Shown here: positions 36,939 through 43,445 of the stretch, in pieces
Position numbering within the stretch: the first letter of the stretch is position 1
Layout: every line of letters begins with the position of its first letter
From: a virus
Lineage: Duplodnaviria; Caudoviricetes
IMG/VR virus record: IMGVR_UViG_3300020045_000439
Span: 1-43,445 of that record
Strand: one strand, 5' to 3'
DNA: 43,445 bases
Position numbers and translations under genes: made by a program
Notes under the pieces: generated by a model
The model's database searches: none
What the model was told of the DNA's origin: nothing
The model's input: the letters and a program-made list of their open reading frames with translations, nothing else

Positions 36939-37770
36939 ATTGCCCTAATGGGTTACGTGGATGTGGGGATTTCTCTACTGTAGTAGACAAGGTGTTCTGT
37001 GGTGCAAAATATTTATTCATAATGTGTTGATATGTAAGGGAGTTATCTACAAGAATTTTTGGTGGAGATGCCTTATAATATAAAATAGTGGTTAGGATGT
37101 GAAATAATCCACTTTGTCCATGCCAAATTAGGTTCTTATTCCCTGTTGCTTTGTAAGGGATCTCTGGTTTATATAAATAAGGTGTGATGTCCTTTAATAC
37201 ATCATCAATAACATCACGATACTTAGGTCGAAGACTCTCATAGTATCCATATTCATTAATACTATGTAAACTGTCTTTCGTAGGTGAGAAAGAGAGTTCT
37301 GTGTTTGATGTGCAGATACGAAGTAATGAATAATAAATACTAACTGCTGTAGCATTATTCAAGAAAACTTTGTCAAATTCTACAACAACCGTATAAGATG
37401 GGTTGAATTCTGGGACATCTACTTCATATACTATACATGGATTTACCCCTTGTGCCTTTTCCCATGGATTTAATACTTCTTGTACCATTTTAAGAAAGTG
37501 GTCTTTTCTTTCTTCCTCTGCAAATACAATATAGATGTAAGGTTGATCAATAATATCTTGTGTCCAGAGTTCTGGCTTATATCCATAAGAAGATTTCCAG
37601 AATGTATCTACCACATAATCCTTACATGTAACTGGGGCTTGTGTTATCCCAAATGTAGTGTCATTAATACGATGAGCTTTACCCCATTGAGTTTGATAAG
37701 AGGTATCAAGAAATTCAGTAGCTCGAATTCCATGTGGAGTTTGTTTGGTGATTTGGGTGAGTTTATACAT
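36931..37770 (-). CDS. Hypothetical protein at the end of the ligase cluster
   Basis: AAGGA RBS before ATG 37770; CKDY motif; no family recognised. Confidence 0.7.
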   Translation of the reverse strand: MYKLTQITKQTPHGIRATEFLDTSYQTQWGKAHRINDTTFGITQAPVTCKDYVVDTFWKSSYGYKPELWTQDIIDQPYIYIVFAEEERKDHFLKMVQEVLNPWEKAQGVNPCIVYEVDVPEFNPSYTVVVEFDKVFLNNATAVSIYYSLLRICTSNTELSFSPTKDSLHSINEYGYYESLRPKYRDVIDDVLKDITPYLYKPEIPYKATGNKNLIWHGQSGLFHILTTILYYKASPPKILVDNSLTYQHIMNKYFAPQNTLSTTVEKSPHPRNPLGQYV

Positions 37771-38527
37771 TCTTAATTTCCTTAATATAATTTGTAAGAG
37801 TTGTACCTTCAAGTCCCGGCGCAGTATTGATCTCTAAGAGATAGAATTTATTATGGTGTTTGTTATAGATGAGATCAACTGCTCCAAAGTCTAAGCCCAC
37901 TGCTGCAACAGCTTGGATCGCAAGGTTTGCACCTGCTTCGGGGAGAGTGAAATCTTCCCTGCAATATACCCAACCAGTGTGGATGTTACGTACGTAGGGA
38001 TCTGTTTGCGCTTCTTCGGCATTGGTGGTACGTTTGCGTTTGATTTGGGCATCAATAACCTTTCCATTAAACACATGAACACGACACTCATATGTTTTCT
38101 TCTGATACTTGGTGTAAAGAGGGGCTGGTGGTAATACTTCCCCACCACCATCATTCTTGTCATGAATGAAGATGCCTTGACCACTATGTCCTGTTAAGGT
38201 TCGTCTTCCTACAATGATATTCCATGTAAGAGCTACTGTGGGATCTGTAGTCCATTCAACAGTAGAGAGGTTTGCTGCTGCAAATGCCTCGAATGCACGC
38301 AGTTTGTTCTGTGCTTGATCCCGGTTAGCATTAATGGTCGCATGTTCTTGGTATTGTAGTCGATCTATTCCACCATAATATAAGACCACATCTTCTCGGC
38401 GTGGAATGAAAGTCTCAGTGACTTTCTTACGGAAACATCGTACACCTTCTGCTACTAATCCTTCTTTAAGGAGTTTAGCAGATTTACTTCCCATTTTATA
38501 TGGGATGATTATAACACGTTTGGTCAC
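37763..38527 (-). CDS. ATP-grasp ligase (RimK-like)
   Basis: NKL, GHSGQGI, YTKY..K..ECRVHV, VRN, GLDFGAVD, LEINTAPG. Confidence 0.92.
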   Translation of the reverse strand: MTKRVIIIPYKMGSKSAKLLKEGLVAEGVRCFRKKVTETFIPRREDVVLYYGGIDRLQYQEHATINANRDQAQNKLRAFEAFAAANLSTVEWTTDPTVALTWNIIVGRRTLTGHSGQGIFIHDKNDGGGEVLPPAPLYTKYQKKTYECRVHVFNGKVIDAQIKRKRTTNAEEAQTDPYVRNIHTGWVYCREDFTLPEAGANLAIQAVAAVGLDFGAVDLIYNKHHNKFYLLEINTAPGLEGTTLTNYIKEIKNV

Positions 38528-39816
38528 TTCTCACTCCTCGTAGAACAGGTTGGACATACTACGCTGATCACATCTTTATCCATCAATAATACATTGGAGT
38601 TTTTGATGTCAGCCCATTTAATATTATCTCCACATACATCACAGACAGATGGGAACCTATCATCAAACCACATAGGAGTGGTGATAGTATATCCATTTAA
38701 TGTTTCACAACTATCTACTACTTCGGGGGAATTTACATAAATAATAACCGTGTTTTGTTGCTTTGAGATACTTACTACAGTAACTTCATGTACCTCAGTG
38801 AGATCTGTGAGATCAAACAATCCTTTTGTCATCCACATACGGATGTTGATGTGGGGCTGATTTACATTGATTAATTTACAGTCAAGTACATATTGTCCAT
38901 CACCTTTTAAATCATAGGATAGGAATGTTATATTGAGTTTATCCATACGATTAATCCCACGATATACTTTATCAATAGTATTAACATCATAATCTGAGAT
39001 GTATAGAGATGTTGGTGCTACTTCAAGCGCGAATTGGTGATTGTATGTCTGGGTATTATTCCCATGAATTCCCCCAATCGTTGTATAAACCGTAGGGAAG
39101 GTGGGTTTTTTTTTTATCTTAATTTCTCCTAGATCCTCAATTTTACGAGTTTCTAGATCGAAACTAAATAAAGTATCTTGAGTAACTAATGATACTTTCT
39201 CTACTTTTTCATTATTACGACTACAGATCCATTGTACCATCTGAGCTTCAGATCCAAGTAGATAGCATGAGGAAGTTTCAAGAATGTAAAGAGGTCTGGA
39301 TTCATTACGGATGAAGTATAATTTCTTTTCCATAACATTATACCATATGAAGGCAAATGCCCCCTCAATTTTAGAGATAACATCCTCTGGTTTTTCTGCT
39401 GTAGCAAGGGCATTACAAATAGCAGCACTATCCACAGTAGATTCTTTGCAGAATTCTTTGTGATTGCTAATCATACCATTATGAACTAGGCAGATCTTTT
39501 CATCATCATCCCAGAATGGATGGGCGTCTGCATGTTTCTTTTCACCATGAGTGGCTTTACGATTATGACCGACCACAATTTGATATTGGGAGATCATTTC
39601 TTTACGGAAATCTTCAAATTGTTTAGTCATACAGAAGTGGCCTGCGGCGGCAGCCATTTTCTTGATGGCAACATTGCCAATTTTATTAATACCCATAACA
39701 CCGGTTGCATCCCATCCGCGCAATGCATCGGCATAAAGGAGTTGTTGGAGGATTTCACCATCTTTATGGTAAAACCCGGATTTATTTTTTGCTAATATTG
39801 CGAGGAGTCCGCACAT
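38524..39816 (-). CDS. Class II (Ntn) glutamine amidotransferase with C-terminal extension
   Basis: N-terminal MCG, RGWDATG, GHNRKATHG, AHPF, HNG, VDS; C-terminal CDVC...CPTC. Confidence 0.92.
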   Translation of the reverse strand: MCGLLAILAKNKSGFYHKDGEILQQLLYADALRGWDATGVMGINKIGNVAIKKMAAAAGHFCMTKQFEDFRKEMISQYQIVVGHNRKATHGEKKHADAHPFWDDDEKICLVHNGMISNHKEFCKESTVDSAAICNALATAEKPEDVISKIEGAFAFIWYNVMEKKLYFIRNESRPLYILETSSCYLLGSEAQMVQWICSRNNEKVEKVSLVTQDTLFSFDLETRKIEDLGEIKIKKKPTFPTVYTTIGGIHGNNTQTYNHQFALEVAPTSLYISDYDVNTIDKVYRGINRMDKLNITFLSYDLKGDGQYVLDCKLINVNQPHINIRMWMTKGLFDLTDLTEVHEVTVVSISKQQNTVIIYVNSPEVVDSCETLNGYTITTPMWFDDRFPSVCDVCGDNIKWADIKNSNVLLMDKDVISVVCPTCSTRSEK

Positions 39817-39817
39817 A

Positions 39818-40852
39818 TTAATTTCTACCTATAGTAGCAGTGTTAGTAAAAAGACGTGGATCATCCCAAATAATTTGATTTAGATCTCTTGGTCTAGGTA
39901 CAGCATATGGGCGCACGCCACGGAGAGTATTTAGAGGGCGTACTGTTGGTTGAACAGGAGTAACTACTGGGGCTGGTGTTTGAATGGTGGCTAACTTGAT
40001 GTAACTAATAGCATCTTCCATCTCTTGTTGAATTCCCTTGCATCCATGAAGGAGTTCTTGTGCATAGTTACCAAAGATAGCCATTACAAATACCTCATAA
40101 TTAGATGAAGAATTCATCTCTTGCAACTCTCGGATTAAAGTAGCTAGGCTATACTTTTTCGCTGCTGTTTTCATACAGGCTAGAATATTAATCCAAGACA
40201 TTAGACGATACTTATCTGATGTTCCATGCATGTGCCGGAATTCTACAGTACCTTTCTCTTCAATAGGATGAAGATTTAATGCGGTGTACTTATTCCAGTA
40301 ATGTACGGTATCATTTGGATTTGTTTGAAGACGCATATATGTTTCGGCATATTCTGTATCTAACAACTTGACACAGAATACATTCTTGTCACGATCTTGT
40401 CCTACCCAACGGAACAACATTTCTTCTACTGCTGTATAGATGAGGAGTAGATTGGTAATTTGTTCCATTGTCAAGTCACGTACATTCATATGGACATGTA
40501 CTGATGTACGCAAAGAGAACTCACGATTAGTTGGAAGGCTTCCATTTAATTGATCGAGGGCACCTTCAATCTGGGTCATTTTTAATGGAACGGATACATA
40601 CTCCATGCCATTATTACGCAGACTATTATCTACAGTTAGTGTCCAATATGGCCTATAGATAGCATTAATAATTGGATTCGGGACATTCTCTACTTCCACT
40701 TCAATCCCAAAGATATACGCATTACTCTCTACATCTATGGTACGTTTATGCAGGGCATCTTCTTGAGCAAATGCCTCAGATCGTGGAGTTTGTCCTAGTT
40801 TAGGAAGATCAAAATACTTACTGATCCGTGAATTATTTACTGTAATGTCCAT
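39818..40852 (-). CDS. Putative amidoligase (Amidoligase_2, glutamine synthetase-like fold)
   Basis: GIEVEVE, DNSLR..GMEY, SVHVHMN, KYTALN, GTVEFR. Confidence 0.9.
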   Translation of the reverse strand: MDITVNNSRISKYFDLPKLGQTPRSEAFAQEDALHKRTIDVESNAYIFGIEVEVENVPNPIINAIYRPYWTLTVDNSLRNNGMEYVSVPLKMTQIEGALDQLNGSLPTNREFSLRTSVHVHMNVRDLTMEQITNLLLIYTAVEEMLFRWVGQDRDKNVFCVKLLDTEYAETYMRLQTNPNDTVHYWNKYTALNLHPIEEKGTVEFRHMHGTSDKYRLMSWINILACMKTAAKKYSLATLIRELQEMNSSSNYEVFVMAIFGNYAQELLHGCKGIQQEMEDAISYIKLATIQTPAPVVTPVQPTVRPLNTLRGVRPYAVPRPRDLNQIIWDDPRLFTNTATIGRN

Positions 40853-41478
40853 GTACGAACTCCGGTATATTTAAACAAATCTTGAATTTCTTGTCTCAAG
40901 AGAGGTTGTGTGACTATGACTGTCCTATTAGCGAAGTCTAATTCTGCTACTTTGTATCGTTTATACATTAAGCAGGGAACATCAAATTGATCTTTTGCTA
41001 CAACGAATTTTAAGCTGATTGCTACATTAGCAAAGAGATTAATTTTAATATCATCTAGAGATGCATATATAGGACTAAGAGATTCCTTACCCAATGCATA
41101 CCAGATATCTGCTGGATGATTACGATTGTTATTTGTATTGATAGGGGAAAGTATTTTGTAGATACTACTACATAAGCTACGTTTCCATTGTCTTTGTGGG
41201 TATTTTACAAGGTAGATGGGGTTGCCATTCACATTATAATATCCAACTTTAGGTAGCAACACATCAATAACATCGGCATCTGTTGGACGGAAGTCAATAA
41301 AGTTACCATCACTCATACTAAAGCTGAACTTATTGGAGTTAGATCCAATATAACATACAACAATCTTCTCTCCCTTTTGTTCAATAGTCATATAGGTATT
41401 TTCATACCTACGTTGCATGTCATCCCGAATACTAGGATGATTAGGTGGATAGTCCGTAAGTCTTGCAAAGGATGTCAT
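40837..41478 (-). CDS. Hypothetical protein within the ligase cluster
   Basis: GAGG RBS before ATG 41478; PKVGYYN and PQRQWKRSL motifs. Confidence 0.7.
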   Translation of the reverse strand: MTSFARLTDYPPNHPSIRDDMQRRYENTYMTIEQKGEKIVVCYIGSNSNKFSFSMSDGNFIDFRPTDADVIDVLLPKVGYYNVNGNPIYLVKYPQRQWKRSLCSSIYKILSPINTNNNRNHPADIWYALGKESLSPIYASLDDIKINLFANVAISLKFVVAKDQFDVPCLMYKRYKVAELDFANRTVIVTQPLLRQEIQDLFKYTGVRTWTLQ

Positions 41479-42196
41479 ACGATTCCTCATTACCGTTGTT
41501 AATACAAGATTGAATAAGAATTCCATGTTCAGGCTCAATAACACTACCTTCTTCCACGAACTCTACCGCCTTTTGAGTCTGTTCATATACCCACTCAATG
41601 GTTTTTTCTGAGAAGATCCAGAAGTTACTTAGTGTGCGATACTCACACCCATAATCCTTTGGACGAAATGCGCCAGCTTTACCATACAACTGACGGCGCA
41701 GAGTACCATGATCCAACTTCGTGGATGGAACACCAAGGAACAAGTCCATAGCACGGATGATTTCAATTGGGTCTTCTTTAGTTCCCACATGAACGTGTCC
41801 TCCTGCACTACGCAATGTAGCATCTGTTGCGCATGGACGTGGATTAATACATTTAGTCCATGCATTGAAGTCTGGCTCACATCCAAACTCAAGTGCTTTT
41901 GGATGTTTCAGTTGATCTTCGTCAAAATAAACAGCAGATTCAGTGCTAAACTGGAAGCCTTTCAAGCGCTTGCGCATGGTGTCAAGGACATATGCAATGT
42001 TATCCTTCATCTCCTGCACTGAAAAACAAGCAGGGATGTTGAATTCAACAGATACATTATCTTCTTGTACTGCACAGCCTTTACGTTGCAAGGCACGTGG
42101 GAAGTCTTTAGTACCACCAATCAAGCCAATAGCTGAGTGGTATTTAGTACCCTTTGTAATGAAGAACTCGGGATCTGCTCCAATGGAAAAACTCAT
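41441..42196 (-). CDS. phiEco32-like COOH-NH2 ligase type 2
   Basis: IGADPEFF, QEDNV, GCEPD, RSAGGHVHVG, RRQLYGKAG, EYRTLSNFW. Confidence 0.93.
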   Translation of the reverse strand: MSFSIGADPEFFITKGTKYHSAIGLIGGTKDFPRALQRKGCAVQEDNVSVEFNIPACFSVQEMKDNIAYVLDTMRKRLKGFQFSTESAVYFDEDQLKHPKALEFGCEPDFNAWTKCINPRPCATDATLRSAGGHVHVGTKEDPIEIIRAMDLFLGVPSTKLDHGTLRRQLYGKAGAFRPKDYGCEYRTLSNFWIFSEKTIEWVYEQTQKAVEFVEEGSVIEPEHGILIQSCINNGNEESYDILCKTYGLST

Positions 42197-42198
42197 GA

Positions 42199-42831
42199 TT
42201 ATTCCTTATACAAAAATTCGTTAATAAGAGAGGCACAAAATTTAGTGAATTTAGATCCAACCATCCATTCAGGATGCCCTTGAATACCAATTGCATTCAA
42301 GCGTGGGAAATATACAATCTCTGGACATGAGGGGTATATTACTTCTTGATCATCTTCTGTGTAGCCTGTAGTGGGTGCACCTGTTTCAGCAAGGACCATA
42401 TTCTTATGACCGTCCTTTGGTTGCATCATTTGGTGGTGACATGAATTACCATTATACATATCGAACGTGCGGGTGTCAATGATGGTATGATCACCGCGAT
42501 TGTGCCCTTCAATATGTTGTACTAGATAACCACCATCTACGGCACAGAGCATTTGTGCTCCACGACAAATACCAATGATGGGTATTTCATACTTGCGTGC
42601 CTGTTCAATCATTGCTAATTCAATTTCGTCTCGATAACTAAGACTATTTGCATAACAATGTTTGTTACATTTTTGACCATAGATGCTAGTTGCAATGTCA
42701 GCACCACCGTGAAGCAGTAATACACCCTCAGCAGAGATGTTTGTTGGGTTATATAGAGGGATCGTTTTTTGAATCAAGTTAAACGGATCGCCTCCTCCTT
42801 GTTGAGCACTGTAGAGGATTTGTGGTTTCAT
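42199..42831 (-). CDS. Class I glutamine amidotransferase / peptidase C26 (gamma-glutamyl hydrolase-like)
   Basis: GGADI, GICRGAQ nucleophile elbow, HHQ, GIQGHPE. Confidence 0.92.
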   Translation of the reverse strand: MKPQILYSAQQGGGDPFNLIQKTIPLYNPTNISAEGVLLLHGGADIATSIYGQKCNKHCYANSLSYRDEIELAMIEQARKYEIPIIGICRGAQMLCAVDGGYLVQHIEGHNRGDHTIIDTRTFDMYNGNSCHHQMMQPKDGHKNMVLAETGAPTTGYTEDDQEVIYPSCPEIVYFPRLNAIGIQGHPEWMVGSKFTKFCASLINEFLYKE

Positions 42832-42995
42832 TATTTACAATGACGTTTCGTAAGGTAGGTGATGATGTTGGCAGGAACAATGGTTCCGCCAATTTGTTGC
42901 AGTTTGTTGTTTTCGATCTGGAAACGGCCCCAGTTATCCCAACCTTGGTTGAAGAAGATGTCGAAAGTGGTATTATTGATATGTTTGACAAGCAT
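42831..42995 (-). CDS. Small hypothetical protein
   Basis: AAGGA RBS before ATG 42995; FDIFFNQGWDNWGRF. Confidence 0.6.
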   Translation of the reverse strand: MLVKHINNTTFDIFFNQGWDNWGRFQIENNKLQQIGGTIVPANIITYLTKRHCK

Positions 42996-43005
42996 TTTAA
43001 TTCCT

Positions 43006-43437
43006 TTATTTATTAGGTTTAATTGATAATTCTGATGCATTATACCATATACCGTTGTTACCAAGTAACGGATGATCTATATAATAAATATTAGGCATTT
43101 CATTCCCGAAGAAACTAAAGCCCTCTTCTGGGATGTCACGGATAGATGCAATAGTGCCTTGATTGCCATACTTAGTAGTGATTTCTGCACCGGGTTTATA
43201 TCCCTTTTCTGCCATCTCCTTGATATACTCTTCGCAATGTTCCTTAGTCCATGTGTATTTAGATGCTGTTACATAACACGTGGGGTTAGATACTAAAGAT
43301 GATCTAGGGTATGTGGGAACCACCACAACAGGAGTAATAATTGCCTTGTGTTTAGAGATGGTGTGCTCAATCATAATAATATCCGGTTGTTGTGTGGTAG
43401 CGGAGAATCTGCTCTTTATTCGCCATCGTCTTCCCAT
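43006..43437 (-). CDS. Hypothetical protein (start uncertain, at the window edge)
   Basis: Open frame on the same strand as the operon; alternative ATG at 43374. Confidence 0.55.
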   Translation of the reverse strand: MGRRWRIKSRFSATTQQPDIIMIEHTISKHKAIITPVVVVPTYPRSSLVSNPTCYVTASKYTWTKEHCEEYIKEMAEKGYKPGAEITTKYGNQGTIASIRDIPEEGFSFFGNEMPNIYYIDHPLLGNNGIWYNASELSIKPNK

Positions 43438-43445
43438 ATATTACT

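Noticed and set aside
25369-43296. Alternate-frame and plus-strand ORFs in the replication block (e.g. 25624-26025, 31849-32172, 35156-35521)
   Set aside because: They are nested in motif-bearing genes or the intron and have no independent support.
1-43445. tRNA genes, integrase/repressor, RNA polymerase, stop-codon reassignment
   Set aside because: No cloverleaf or relevant motifs were seen in the short intergenic gaps, and genes read intact in the standard code. They could lie outside the window.

Overview
This window is most of the genome of a lytic, podovirus-type dsDNA phage with two convergent gene blocks. The + strand block (about 760-24393) holds terminase large subunit, portal, a GroES-like co-chaperonin, scaffold, major capsid, decoration/head-spike and fibre genes, P22/T7-type adaptor and nozzle, ejection proteins and a GH24 endolysin. 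The - strand block (about 24440-43445) holds a short class II ribonucleotide reductase with a LAGLIDADG endonuclease, metallophosphoesterase, HNH, 5'-3' exonuclease, a minimal nucleotidyltransferase, SSB, a split family A DNA polymerase, DnaB-like helicase, primase, and a phiEco32/LUZ24/PA11-type cluster of peptide ligases and glutamine amidotransferases. The polymerase locus is the most complex region. It is split in two by a free-standing HNH gene. Its C-terminal half carries a complete group I intron (31465-32180) with an internal sigma70 promoter and an HNH gene, plus an unexplained 8-nt insertion in motif A. Other notable items are a candidate -1 frameshift site in the class II amidotransferase, a structured ssb leader, and a zincin motif in the largest ejection protein. 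The first ~660 bp look chimeric (template-switch artefacts). I saw no tRNA, CRISPR array, integrase or RNA polymerase. All family assignments come from motif recognition by eye; no database searches were run.
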